Numbered from the stretch's first letter, positions 29,352 to 39,027 are shown. The stretch is 64,000 nucleotides of DNA from a virus (IMGVR_UViG_3300047994_000617:1-64000), one strand, 5' to 3'. The notes: generated by a model from the letters alone, not told the origin. A program made the numbers and translations.

Positions 29352-30208
29352 TGGGCCGCCGATCAGCCTTCTCGCGCAAGCAGTCCTCCGGCCCGTCGAC
29401 GCTCCGCCTCCGCGACGAGGCGGCGCGCGCCATCGCCGAACGCGCCGACCGCTACCGCCGGGAGCTCGACCACGCCACCACGGCAAAGGCGCGCAGCGCG
29501 GCGCTGGAGACACTCGGCGCCGATCTTGGTCCGCTGGTCGACCGGTACCGGGAGCGAGACCGGACCCACGAGAGCCTCAAGACCGACTCGATCGCCATCG
29601 CCGACGGTGCCGGGCTGCTCGACCGGCTCAAGAAAGCTCCTTGGGACAGCCCGCAGAAAAAGCGCGTCGCGGATGCGGCCCAGAAGTGGCTTCTGTTGCC
29701 CGCGCAGCGCGTGAGGGTCGGGGCCGAGGGGCGCCCCGTCGTGCTCCGGATGGCCGGGAGGCACGGGGAGAACCTCTACGGCTCCCGCGAGGGGCGGAGC
29801 AACTTCGTAGCAATCGAGACGGCTCTCGAGTCGGAGCGCTGCACCACATTCGAGCCGTTCATCGGGCCGGAACTGCCGCCTGACGACGACCAAACCACCT
29901 GCTACTGCGAGAAACGCCACGCCTTCGTCGACTGCCCCTTTGCCCGTCCGTGCGAGGGGGGCTGCGGGACGCTGACGAAGCACGGCGACAAGTGCAGGTT
30001 CTGCGACTACCCGCGTTGGGTCGCCGCGGCCTGGCTGGTCCCGTCCAAGTCGACCCTGCCCGATCTGACCAAGGTGCTCCGGGAGGCCGAGATCGAGACG
30101 TTCGAGGTCCCGCCTCTGCCGGACGGTGCATGGGGTCCGCGGTGGTGCTGCCGGCTCAAGTTCCCGCGCCCTGCCGATGCGACCGTGGAGGTTTCCCGTG
30201 TGGTGTGA
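29351..30208 (+). CDS. Hypothetical protein with a Cys cluster
   Basis: TGATG coupling. Confidence 0.65.
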   Translation: MGRRSAFSRKQSSGPSTLRLRDEAARAIAERADRYRRELDHATTAKARSAALETLGADLGPLVDRYRERDRTHESLKTDSIAIADGAGLLDRLKKAPWDSPQKKRVADAAQKWLLLPAQRVRVGAEGRPVVLRMAGRHGENLYGSREGRSNFVAIETALESERCTTFEPFIGPELPPDDDQTTCYCEKRHAFVDCPFARPCEGGCGTLTKHGDKCRFCDYPRWVAAAWLVPSKSTLPDLTKVLREAEIETFEVPPLPDGAWGPRWCCRLKFPRPADATVEVSRVV

Positions 30209-30728
30209 CCGCTTCGACGGCGACCTCTATGCCCTCGTCCCCCAGGCGAGAGAGGTGCTTGCGCCCCTCGCCGAGGTGAAGCTCTGGACCCACGGTCACG
30301 AGACCGACGGGAAGCTCAACCACCCCTCGGTCTGGAACCACGACCGAGGCTTCGTCGCCTTCTTCGGCCTGGCCGCACAGCCTCCCCAACCGGGCTTCTA
30401 CTACACCGGGGAGCCGCTCGTCGCCTGCACCCTGGAGGAGGCCGTGCGCCACCTCTGGGCGCACGGGCCGGTCCTGCTCAAACTCTGCCGTGACGACTGG
30501 CCGCGCTCGGCTCGCTACACCGATCTCTGGGACTCGGGGAAGGTCCAAGGCGCCTTCTGGAAGCTGCTCTTCCTCGCCCGGGGCTCGACGCTGGCCCGGC
30601 ACGGCAACGCCGACCAGGAACGGGGACACGTCCTCGACAACCTGATCGCCCTCGTGCGGCGGGTGCGCGAACTGGGCCTTCTCCCGGTGGAGCAAGCGGT
30701 GCCGGCGACGTCGACGGGGGCGGCATGA
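30198..30728 (+). CDS. Hypothetical protein
   Basis: GGAGG RBS plus GTG. Confidence 0.6.
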   Translation: MWCDRFDGDLYALVPQAREVLAPLAEVKLWTHGHETDGKLNHPSVWNHDRGFVAFFGLAAQPPQPGFYYTGEPLVACTLEEAVRHLWAHGPVLLKLCRDDWPRSARYTDLWDSGKVQGAFWKLLFLARGSTLARHGNADQERGHVLDNLIALVRRVRELGLLPVEQAVPATSTGAA

Positions 30729-31153
30729 AGGTCTCCGCTGGCCATACCAAGCGCGCGGCCACCGCGAACCGCATGCTGCGCCATCTGGCGAAAGTGGGGG
30801 TCGACGCGACGCTCGATTTCCTGCCGGAGCCCGGGAGCGCCCGCCTGCATGTCCTCGACCTGGACGTCGTGCTCTACGTGGGCGACGGCCACGTCGTCTT
30901 CCCGTGCACGACGACTCATGGCTTCGTGCCCGTGAGCAAGCGCCGGCAGCGCTATCCACGACGCACACACCCCGCGTTCTCCCGGCAGGAGATCGTCCGG
31001 ATGCTCGCGCTCTGCGCACCTGAGGCAGCCCCGTCGAGCGCTGCCAGCGTGACGCTCAACGACCCGCGGCTTCGCTGCCCCGCGTGCGGCGACCCGAGGA
31101 TGGTCGGGCACTTCCACCACTGCTGGCCGGCGCCGGCGACGGGGGCAGCATGA
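30725..31153 (+). CDS. Hypothetical protein
   Basis: ATGA coupling; CPAC. Confidence 0.6.
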   Translation: MKVSAGHTKRAATANRMLRHLAKVGVDATLDFLPEPGSARLHVLDLDVVLYVGDGHVVFPCTTTHGFVPVSKRRQRYPRRTHPAFSRQEIVRMLALCAPEAAPSSAASVTLNDPRLRCPACGDPRMVGHFHHCWPAPATGAA

Positions 31154-31611
31154 GGCTCCGCCCCACGACGTCCACCGACCTCGGCCCCAACGGCCTCGAC
31201 GCCAACGAGGTCCATCCGGGGCTCTGGGTCGGCGCTCTGCCGCCGGAGGGATATGCGGTGCGTCGGGCCGGCTTCGACGCCGTGGTCCTCTGCGCCCGGC
31301 AGTACCAGGACGGCCACTACGAGGGCGTCCACGTCCTCCGCTGCCCTCTTGATGACGGGGGCGTGCCCCTCGTCCCGGTGCAGTGGGATCGGGCCGTCGA
31401 CGCGGCGAGGAAGGTGGCCGGCGCCGTGAAGCGCGGGGCTCGGGTCCTGGTCACCTGCCAGATGGGGATCAACCGTAGCGCCTTGGTGGCGGCGCTGGCG
31501 CTGCGGATGCTCACCGGCTGGTCGGGGGCGGTCTGCCGGATGACGGTGCAGATGGGCCGTCCGGGATCGCTCGGCAACCAGGGCTTCGTCCGCCAGTTGG
31601 AGGGGACGTGA
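31150..31611 (+). CDS. Dual-specificity protein phosphatase
   Basis: LWVG, PLDD, VLVTCQMGINRS (CX5R). Confidence 0.9.
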   Translation: MRLRPTTSTDLGPNGLDANEVHPGLWVGALPPEGYAVRRAGFDAVVLCARQYQDGHYEGVHVLRCPLDDGGVPLVPVQWDRAVDAARKVAGAVKRGARVLVTCQMGINRSALVAALALRMLTGWSGAVCRMTVQMGRPGSLGNQGFVRQLEGT

Positions 31612-32251
31612 CGATGCTCTGGTCTCTCTCATGGCGCGCCGACCCGCGCGCGAAGGCGCTGGCGGATCAGCACTACAACCGCCAGAACAAGGACTCCGCG
31701 CAGTTCGTGCCGCCGGGCCGCTGCCTCGTGCTCTACCGCGAGACGTCCCTCGGGCGCGCCTTCTGGGTGTCGAGTTACCCCTTCGCCGAGCACGTGAAGC
31801 ACGCGTGCGCCGGAGCCTTCGTCTGCTCTGCGTTCCGGAACGAGGGCGCCGGGCTGTCGAGCGACATGATCCGCGAGGCCGTTGCGGCGACACGCTGGCG
31901 ATGGCCGGACGTGCCGTCGCTCGGCATGGTGACCTTCGTCGATCCGGCGCAGACGACAGCGGGAAGAGGTCGGTTCTCGCGGCCGGGCAAGTGCTACGTC
32001 GAGGCCGGCTTTCAGGCCCCGAAGTGCCGTCCCTGCCACGGGCTCGGGTCGCGGACCGAGGCGCGGCGGTCGGAGGATCGTCGGCGAGCGCGCCGCGGGG
32101 TGCGGCGGCCGGCGGACTGCCCGGCGTGCTTCGGTACGGGCGACGCGCACACGGCGGGCGGGCTGCCCGCGTTCCAGATGGTGCCGGGAAGGATGCCCCC
32201 CCCGCGGCACCCCTCGGCGTGCAGGGCGATCTTTTCGGGAGGGTGGCGTGA
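31608..32251 (+). CDS. Mom-like/GNAT-type phage DNA-modification protein, probable frameshift at a C8 tract
   Basis: LADQHYNRQ, PPGRCLVL, CSAFRNEG, SSDMIREA, VTFVD, PGKCY..AGF; tail PLGVQGDLF lies in the adjacent frame. Confidence 0.6.
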
Positions 32252-32355
32252 TGCGCCGGATCAAGCACGAGACGGTCGCCGCCCTCCAGCCCGGCGGCCT
32301 GGGCGATCGGACCGGCGCGCAGGGCGATCTGTTCACCGAGAGGAGGGCTTCCTGA
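32251..32355 (+). CDS. 34-aa peptide with QGDLF near its C-terminus
   Basis: TGATG overlaps at both ends; RBS. Confidence 0.45.
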   Translation: MRRIKHETVAALQPGGLGDRTGAQGDLFTERRAS

Positions 32356-33251
32356 TGATGTCCGAACGCGACGCAAACCTGTTCCTGTCCGTCATCGACC
32401 GCGCAACGGAGGCGTTGGACCGGGCAGCGGGCGACCTCCTCGCCGGCCGCAGAGGCGACATGGACGGGGCCGCCCAGGCGCTCGACGAGGTTCGTGACGC
32501 CGCCGTGCGCTTCCTCGCGGCAGGCACCGCTTCACCGACCGAGGCGCTGGGCGCCGCCGCGATCCGCGATCACGCACAGGAACATGCCGAGGCCCTGCGC
32601 GGTCGTCCGCGGCCTACCGCCGGCGCCGTGCGCCGCTGGTACTCGTTCTGGCAGGGAACCGCCGTCGGAGCGCGGGACGCGTGGCGCTCCCAGCGGGATC
32701 CCGCCGGACCGGTTACCGACGGCGACCGCTGGCCGCCTTCCCCGCCGAGCGAAGCGGCGAAGGTGAGCGACGCGATGCTGGACGCGACGCTCGCCGCGGC
32801 GCGTGGCGCCCGCGAGCGCATGCTGATCCAACTCGTCGTTGGTGGGTGGCTCCCGGAAGACCTCTGCACGCTCCGTCTCGACCAGGTGCAGCCCTACGTC
32901 GGCACGCTTCTCCGCCTCGTGGACGATGAGCCGTCGCCCAGCGGGATGACGCATTACACGGTGCTCGACGAGACGAAGAGCGAGACGATGCGCGTTTGGC
33001 TGGCTCTGCGGGTGGTCACCGCCGCCGGGACCCCCTTCCTCTTTCCGGGGCTCACGCCCGAACGCGTCGCGGAGACGCTGCGCGACGTGGCGCATCGCGC
33101 CGGCGTTCCGGAGGTGACGCTCGACGCAATCAGGGTGCGCCGCGACGCCGAGATCGAAGCCATGGCAGAGCGCATCTTCTATTCCAGCCCCAGGGTTCAC
33201 GCGCACCTCGCCACGCAGGCGGCCAGGCGCGGAAAGGACCGGCCGTCGTGA
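32355..33251 (+). CDS. Protein with a degenerate XerC-like C-terminal domain
   Basis: RERMLIQL..LPEDLCTLRLDQV, FLFPGLTPERV, AGVPEVTLDAIR (HxxR His replaced). Confidence 0.6.
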   Translation: MMSERDANLFLSVIDRATEALDRAAGDLLAGRRGDMDGAAQALDEVRDAAVRFLAAGTASPTEALGAAAIRDHAQEHAEALRGRPRPTAGAVRRWYSFWQGTAVGARDAWRSQRDPAGPVTDGDRWPPSPPSEAAKVSDAMLDATLAAARGARERMLIQLVVGGWLPEDLCTLRLDQVQPYVGTLLRLVDDEPSPSGMTHYTVLDETKSETMRVWLALRVVTAAGTPFLFPGLTPERVAETLRDVAHRAGVPEVTLDAIRVRRDAEIEAMAERIFYSSPRVHAHLATQAARRGKDRPS

Positions 33252-33369
33252 AAGGACTCGGCATCTGCCAGCCCAAGGGTCGCGCCCACGCCGAGACGGC
33301 TCTCACCGAACCGCCGAAGGGAGACTCGGTCTCCGACGGGTTCACCTACTCCGAGAGGAGGGCCGGCTG

Positions 33370-33558
33370 ATGAGCGCGGTGTTCCCCTGGAAGCGCGGCC
33401 CCTCCGCGCGCCGCGATGACATCGACCCCGGGCGTGAGATCGGGAGCTTCCAGCACCGGCCCATCGCCCAGCTCCTGACGCTCGGCCTCGTCGAGCGAGC
33501 GGATCCCGACGGGCGACGCTACCGGGCCGTCCAGCAGACCGACAGGAGGGCCGGGTGA
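33370..33558 (+). CDS. Small winged-helix-like protein
   Basis: LLTLGLVERADPDGRRY; TGATG coupling. Confidence 0.5.
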   Translation: MSAVFPWKRGPSARRDDIDPGREIGSFQHRPIAQLLTLGLVERADPDGRRYRAVQQTDRRAG

Positions 33559-33863
33559 TGTTCGACCTGCAAATTGAAGAGCGCGTGCTCAGCGAGCTTC
33601 TCGCAGCGCCCGCACCCTCGCTCCCGCACCTCCCGCTTCGCACCCGCCTGCCGCGGTACCGGCTGGCGCCGCCCTCGTTCCGCGTCGCGCTAATGACCCC
33701 GGCGCAGGAAGCAGCCCTCATGGGTCTCGTCTGCGCGTGCTCCAGCGACGCATGCCTTCGAGGCAACCACCAGGACCACGAGCCTATCGACACCGCCCTC
33801 TGCCCGGCTGGACAGGCCGCAGAAGGCGCATGGCGCGACAGCGCCGGGAGCACCAACCGATGA
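33555..33863 (+). CDS. Hypothetical protein
   Basis: GTGA coupling. Confidence 0.5.
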   Translation: MMFDLQIEERVLSELLAAPAPSLPHLPLRTRLPRYRLAPPSFRVALMTPAQEAALMGLVCACSSDACLRGNHQDHEPIDTALCPAGQAAEGAWRDSAGSTNR

Positions 33864-34135
33864 TCCCTTCCCCCGTCGTCGACACGATTCTTCCCCCCTC
33901 CCTCGCCTACGAGATCGGCCGCGACGCCGAGAAGCGCGCCGCTGACGTGCGCGAGGGGCGCGCCACCCAGGAGGGCCGCTTCGTCGAGCTCCCTGGACGT
34001 TGGACCCAGACCATCCTCCGGCCCGAGGACTTTCTCGGCTGGGAGGAGCCGGCGCTCTCGCTCACGGAGAAGCACCCCAAGCGCCACGGGGGCGTCCCAA
34101 GCCCGGTGGCCGATCTCGTGCGGAGGCCCCGATGA
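33860..34135 (+). CDS. Hypothetical protein
   Basis: ATGA coupling. Confidence 0.55.
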   Translation: MIPSPVVDTILPPSLAYEIGRDAEKRAADVREGRATQEGRFVELPGRWTQTILRPEDFLGWEEPALSLTEKHPKRHGGVPSPVADLVRRPR

Positions 34136-34407
34136 ACGATCCCAAGAAGACCCCCGAGCGCGTGGTCCATGAGCACCCCAACGGCGCACCCCACCTCACC
34201 GTCGACCCCGCCGGCGCCGTCCGCCACTACTGCCACGGCACCGGCGCCCAGGGCGAGGACTTTGGCACCCTCGGCCCGGGTGACGCCCTGGTACTGGTCC
34301 GGCCCGCACGGGCCTCCACGGGCCCCGCCATGGTCGCTTCCAGCGCCTACCGGGCCGGCTGGGAGGGGATCGACTGGACCCGGAAGGAAGGGGGCAAGCC
34401 CTCGTGA
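34132..34407 (+). CDS. Hypothetical protein
   Basis: ATGA coupling. Confidence 0.55.
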   Translation: MNDPKKTPERVVHEHPNGAPHLTVDPAGAVRHYCHGTGAQGEDFGTLGPGDALVLVRPARASTGPAMVASSAYRAGWEGIDWTRKEGGKPS

Positions 34408-34958
34408 GAACCCTCTCCGATCTGCTCGGCATCGACGGCGCCGATGCGCGCCTCGTCAACGCCTTGCCCTACCTCGGCGCCTACTTCGTCGGCCGCAAGG
34501 TCGGCCGCAAGGCGCGCGCCTCCCTGAACCGCCTCCCGCGCCGGACGATCGCCTCCGAGGCCGGGCCCTACCTCACCCGCTACACCCTCGCCGATCTCCC
34601 CGGAGGCCGGCACGCCTACCTGCACTTCTTCCACAGGGGCGACCACGATCGCCAGCTTCACTCGCACCCGTGGAACGGCCTGTCCCTGATCTTGACCGGC
34701 GGCTACCGGGAGGAGCGCCGAGCCGGATCTCCGGGCAGCTACCGGATCGAGGAGCGGATCTACCGGCCCGGGTCCGTGAACCTCCTTCAGCCCGACACCT
34801 TCCACCGCGTCGAGCTGCTCGACGAAGCCGCGGGGTGCTGGACGCTCTTCCTCGCAGGGAAGCGCTCGGACGAGTGGGGGTTCTGGGACAGGGACAACGA
34901 GAGCTTCACACACTGGGAAGTGTTCCAGGGCCCCCGCGTGGCGGGGAGGGCTTCCTGA
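34404..34958 (+). CDS. Phage-type cupin/dioxygenase-like protein
   Basis: YLHFF..LHSHPW..SLILTGGYRE..FHRVEL..WTLF. Confidence 0.75.
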   Translation: MRTLSDLLGIDGADARLVNALPYLGAYFVGRKVGRKARASLNRLPRRTIASEAGPYLTRYTLADLPGGRHAYLHFFHRGDHDRQLHSHPWNGLSLILTGGYREERRAGSPGSYRIEERIYRPGSVNLLQPDTFHRVELLDEAAGCWTLFLAGKRSDEWGFWDRDNESFTHWEVFQGPRVAGRAS

Positions 34959-36157
34959 TGTCCAGGCTCGCCGCCCCGTTCCCTTACTTCGGCAGCAAGC
35001 GCGCGGCCGCGCCTCTGATCTGGGCGGCGCTCGGCGCCGAGGTACCCAACTTCGTCGACGCCTGCTGCGGATCCGCCTCCGTGCTCTGGGCTCGTCCGAC
35101 GGTCGGTAAGGTCGAGACGCTCAACGATGCCTGGGGGGCCATCCCGAACTTCCTCCGGGCGCTTCAGCGCGACCCGGAGGGCACGGCCGAGCACGCTTCC
35201 TACCCCGTGTCCGAGCTCGACATGCAGGCGTGGCACGCCTGGCTGGTCGAGAAGATGGACGCGGCCTTCGTCGAGAAGCTCCGCCGCGATCCGAGGTTCT
35301 ACGATGTCGAGGTCGCCGGGCGCTGGGTCTGGGGCCAGTCGATGTGGATCGGCTCAGGCTGGTGCGTCGCCGGTCATGGCGGAGGCAGCAACCGCCAGCG
35401 CCCTGCGCTCTCAGGGGGCACCACGAAGGCGAAGAAGCGGCCGATGCTCGGCGGACACGCCGGCGGCGGGCGCGAGGGCTACCCCAAGGAGGGGGTCGGC
35501 ATCTTCCGCAACCTGTCCCGCCAGCTTCCGCACCTCTCGGGGACGACCACGAAGAACGGCGAGCACGCTGGGCACGTGCGTGAAGGCGTCGGCCTCCACC
35601 GTGCCGGACTGCACCACAAGCGCCCCGAAATCGGAGGGACCGGCGCCGCCGGTGAGGGACGCGCGAGCCGCCGCGGGATCTTCGCCCAGGGCCGCGCCGA
35701 CCTCTTCGCCTACTTCCACGCGCTCGCCGGTCGGCTCGCTCGGGTCCGGATCATCTGCGGCGACTGGAAGCGCGTCGTCACGCCGGCGGTCACCACCTCC
35801 AACGGACTGACGGGCGTCTTGCTCGACTTCCCGTACGGCAAGGCGGCGAAGCGCACCAAGGGCCTCTACGCCAAGGACGACGGCGACGTTGCGACCGCCG
35901 GGCGCGCGTGGTGCGCGAAGAACGGCGCGAACCCGCTGCTCCGGATCGTCCTCTGCGGCTACGAGGGCGAGCACGAGGCCCTCCTGGCTCACGGCTGGCG
36001 CTGCATCCCCTGGAAGGCTGGCGGGGGCTACGGGAACCAGGATGGCGAGAACGCCAACGCGGGCCGCGAGCGCCTCTGGCTCTCGCCTTACTGCAACCAG
36101 CGCGAGAACCAGCTCGATCTGTTCACCGCCGAGATGGCCCCGGAGGCTGCCGAATGA
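34958..36157 (+). CDS. Dam/D12-class N6-adenine DNA methyltransferase
   Basis: PFPYFGSK, DACCGSAS, ETLND, ICGDW, LLDFPY (DPPY variant), ERLWLSP. Confidence 0.88.
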   Translation: MSRLAAPFPYFGSKRAAAPLIWAALGAEVPNFVDACCGSASVLWARPTVGKVETLNDAWGAIPNFLRALQRDPEGTAEHASYPVSELDMQAWHAWLVEKMDAAFVEKLRRDPRFYDVEVAGRWVWGQSMWIGSGWCVAGHGGGSNRQRPALSGGTTKAKKRPMLGGHAGGGREGYPKEGVGIFRNLSRQLPHLSGTTTKNGEHAGHVREGVGLHRAGLHHKRPEIGGTGAAGEGRASRRGIFAQGRADLFAYFHALAGRLARVRIICGDWKRVVTPAVTTSNGLTGVLLDFPYGKAAKRTKGLYAKDDGDVATAGRAWCAKNGANPLLRIVLCGYEGEHEALLAHGWRCIPWKAGGGYGNQDGENANAGRERLWLSPYCNQRENQLDLFTAEMAPEAAE

Positions 36158-36627
36158 TCACCCCCACCAACTTCGACGCCACCCGCGCCCAGGTGCTCAA
36201 GCACCCCATCGCCCGATCGGCGTTCGATCGCGCGCTTTTCGAGCGCTACCGCGATCCTCCCCCCGTCCCTGACACGGTGCTCGCCGTCGCCTTCCGCCGC
36301 CCCTGGGGTGCGATGGTGGTCGATGGGGTGAAGCCGACCGACACCCGCGAGCGCCCCTTCGATCGGCCGGGCGGCCCGCAGTGGATCGCCGTCTACAACT
36401 GCCTGCGCGTCGACGAGCTCCAGGCGAACGCCCGCATCCTCCCCGGCGCGTTGCCCTACCACTACGGCGGGAGCCCGGACGAGGATCGCTTCGTCGAGGA
36501 GCGCCAGGGCCCGCCCCAGACGGTGATTTGCAACGCGTACGTCGTCGACCTCGAAGCCTTGGCGGGCTGGGCCGGGAAGCCGCGTCCCTCGAACTGGACC
36601 GCCCGTGAAGGGAGCGTCGGCGCGTGA
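36154..36627 (+). CDS. ASCH-like protein (shorter paralog)
   Basis: AFRRPWGAMVVDGVKPTDTR matches the ASCH GxKxxExR region. Confidence 0.65.
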   Translation: MITPTNFDATRAQVLKHPIARSAFDRALFERYRDPPPVPDTVLAVAFRRPWGAMVVDGVKPTDTRERPFDRPGGPQWIAVYNCLRVDELQANARILPGALPYHYGGSPDEDRFVEERQGPPQTVICNAYVVDLEALAGWAGKPRPSNWTAREGSVGA

Positions 36628-38036
36628 TCGACCTTCGCCCTTACCAGGAGCGCACCGTCGAGCGGATCCTCGGGTATGCGACGGAGCGGCCCCGTGGGCG
36701 GCTCCTCGTGGTCCTGCCTCCGCGCACCGGCAAGACGCCGACGTTCTGCGTGGCGGCGCGCTTGCTCCTCGGCGCGACACCCCCGCCGGGAGGAGCGCGG
36801 GCGCGGGGTCTGTGCGTCGTGCCCAGGGTGGAGATCCTCGACGCGACGCTTGAGCACGCGCTCGACGTCGGCATCCCCGAGAGCGACATCGGTGTGGTCT
36901 ACCAGGATCGCCCGCTCGACCTCTCGCGGCCCTTCCAGATCGCCACCGAGGGCACGCTCGACCGAAGGAACAAGCCCGAGGCCGATTTCGTCGTCTGGGA
37001 CGAGGGGCATCACAACGCCTGCCCGCGGCGGCGGAGGATCCACGGGCTCTACCCGAACGCCCTCCACCTCGGCTTCACCGGCACCCCGGAGCGGCTCACC
37101 GGCGCCGGCCTCGATGAAGACTACGACGACATGATCGTGCCGGCGCGTTCGTACGAGCTGATCCACGACGGGTTCTTGTCAGTGCCGACCATTTTCGACC
37201 CGGGCGAGAAGGTGTTGCCGAAGACGAAGGGGCTCCGGGTCCGGGGCGGTGACTTCGCGGTCGATCAGCTCGAGAAGCTCGTCGGGCACGGCGCCTTCGT
37301 GGACCGCCTGGTGGACGACTGGCTCCGCCTCGCAGAGGGCCGTCGGACGGTCGTCTTCGCCGTCTCGGTGGCGCACTCTAAGATGATCGTAGAGCGCTTC
37401 CGCGCGCGGGGTGTGCCTGCCCATCACCTCGACGGCGACACCTCCAAGGCCGACGTCTCCCGCGATCCCAACGTCCTGACCCGGCGACAGATCCTCGAGC
37501 AGCTCCGGACGGGAGACCTACGGGTGGTGTCTTCGGTCGACGTCCTCGGCGAAGGCGTCAACTTGCCCGAGGTCAAATGCGTGGTGCTCGGTCGGCCCAC
37601 GCTCTCCCTGGCGCTGCACATCCAGCAGTCTGCTCGCTGCATGACGCCGTTTCGCGGCGAGCGGCCCCGGATCCTGGACATGGTGGGCAACACGCGCTGG
37701 CGGCACGGTCTCCCTTGGGAAGACCGGCCCTGGTCGCTCGCCCGGCGACGAAAGAGTCGGGGGCGCGCAGCGGGGAACGGGGGCGCGAAGGTGCGGGGGT
37801 GCGAATGCGGCGCGCTCTCGCCCATCGGGTCGCTCGCCTGCGCGGCGTGCGGCCACGTCGTCCCCGTCGCGGATCCGCCCCCCGTCGACGCCAAGCCCCT
37901 CGTCGAGGTCCGGTTCACGCCCGATGAGCTGGACGCGCGACGGGAGAACCTCCGGACGTTCGCGCGATCGAACGACTTCGGCGAGGCGTGGGTGGAACGG
38001 GTGATGGCGGAGATCGTCGGCGCGGAGGCGGCATGA
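36624..38036 (+). CDS. SF2 helicase (RadD/YejH-like) with a C-terminal Zn finger
   Basis: LRPYQ, PRTGKT, DEGHH, TGTPER, LGEGVNLP, QQSARC, CEC..CAAC. Confidence 0.9.
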   Translation: MIDLRPYQERTVERILGYATERPRGRLLVVLPPRTGKTPTFCVAARLLLGATPPPGGARARGLCVVPRVEILDATLEHALDVGIPESDIGVVYQDRPLDLSRPFQIATEGTLDRRNKPEADFVVWDEGHHNACPRRRRIHGLYPNALHLGFTGTPERLTGAGLDEDYDDMIVPARSYELIHDGFLSVPTIFDPGEKVLPKTKGLRVRGGDFAVDQLEKLVGHGAFVDRLVDDWLRLAEGRRTVVFAVSVAHSKMIVERFRARGVPAHHLDGDTSKADVSRDPNVLTRRQILEQLRTGDLRVVSSVDVLGEGVNLPEVKCVVLGRPTLSLALHIQQSARCMTPFRGERPRILDMVGNTRWRHGLPWEDRPWSLARRRKSRGRAAGNGGAKVRGCECGALSPIGSLACAACGHVVPVADPPPVDAKPLVEVRFTPDELDARRENLRTFARSNDFGEAWVERVMAEIVGAEAA

Positions 38037-38494
38037 CCCGGGCGGCGTGCGGCGAGAACAAGCGCACGAAGATGCGCGACTTCCTGCGCGGCTTCGACGG
38101 CTTGCAGGCCGCCCAGGAGCCCGAGGCGCGGCGCCAGCGTACCTCTTACCAACCTCGCCGGCGCCGGCGCTCCTTCTCCAACGCCGAGAAGCGCTACGAG
38201 CTCGGCGGCAAGCTCCTGTCGCTGCGCGATCTCGACAAGATCAGCGTCGTCAACATCGGCACGTTGCGCGCGCGGCTCGACGCGGGGATGCCGGTCGCGG
38301 AAGCGTGTTTCAAGCCTGCTGCCCCCCGCGCCCCGGTTGACCGCTCCGTGCGCTACGATGTCGGCGGTGGCACCTTCATGACGGTGCCGGAGATGGCGCT
38401 CGCCGCGGGTGTCAGCCGCTGCACCATCTATGTCCGGCTCCGCTATGGCTACACGCCGGGCGAGGCGATCAGGATGGGAAGGGCCGCCCGATGA
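38033..38494 (+). CDS. Protein with two HTH-like repeats
   Basis: LSLRDL..GTLRARLDAGM and MTVPEMA..CTIYVRLRYGY. Confidence 0.65.
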   Translation: MTRAACGENKRTKMRDFLRGFDGLQAAQEPEARRQRTSYQPRRRRRSFSNAEKRYELGGKLLSLRDLDKISVVNIGTLRARLDAGMPVAEACFKPAAPRAPVDRSVRYDVGGGTFMTVPEMALAAGVSRCTIYVRLRYGYTPGEAIRMGRAAR

Positions 38495-39027
38495 TGGCGA
38501 ACCTCGCCACCATGGCCACCCGCTGGCTCGCGCTCGTGCGCGGAGCGCCGGCTCCGGCCGCGGCCCAGGCGCCCGCACCCGACGTGGACCATTCCAGCGC
38601 CGACGCTCTTGCACCCAGCGCGCCGCGCGCGGTGCCGCCCGCGCCCACGAGGGCACCGCCGACGCCGATGGTGAACGCCGCGCCGCGGGGACCCTCGACG
38701 GCACCAACAACCCCTGGGCCTGTCCGCGCCGAAGCGCGACCCGCCCCGGCGCCCGCCGGGCGAGCCCTGCCCGTGTTGGCGGTGAGCGCGATCACCACCG
38801 CGCGCGATCTCTTCTTCTGCGACCCCTTTAAGACGAAGCTCTCGGCGGGCGCCTGCATGCACCGCCAGCGGGCCGCCGATCCCGATACCCGCAGGGCGAT
38901 GACCGCTGGCGACCGCCTCGCCTCGGGCTCCGCCGAAGCGCTCGCCAAGTGCCGATCCTGCGCACTCGGCAAGGCCGTCGCGGCGCGGCTCCCCACCCCT
39001 GTACCCACCGAAAGGAAGGTCGGATGA
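38491..39027 (+). CDS. Hypothetical Pro-rich, Cys-containing protein
   Basis: ATGA coupling. Confidence 0.6.
   Translation: MMANLATMATRWLALVRGAPAPAAAQAPAPDVDHSSADALAPSAPRAVPPAPTRAPPTPMVNAAPRGPSTAPTTPGPVRAEARPAPAPAGRALPVLAVSAITTARDLFFCDPFKTKLSAGACMHRQRAADPDTRRAMTAGDRLASGSAEALAKCRSCALGKAVAARLPTPVPTERKVG

Noticed and set aside
31608-33251. 547-aa single protein
   Set aside because: Better explained as three coupled genes joined by a C8 shift
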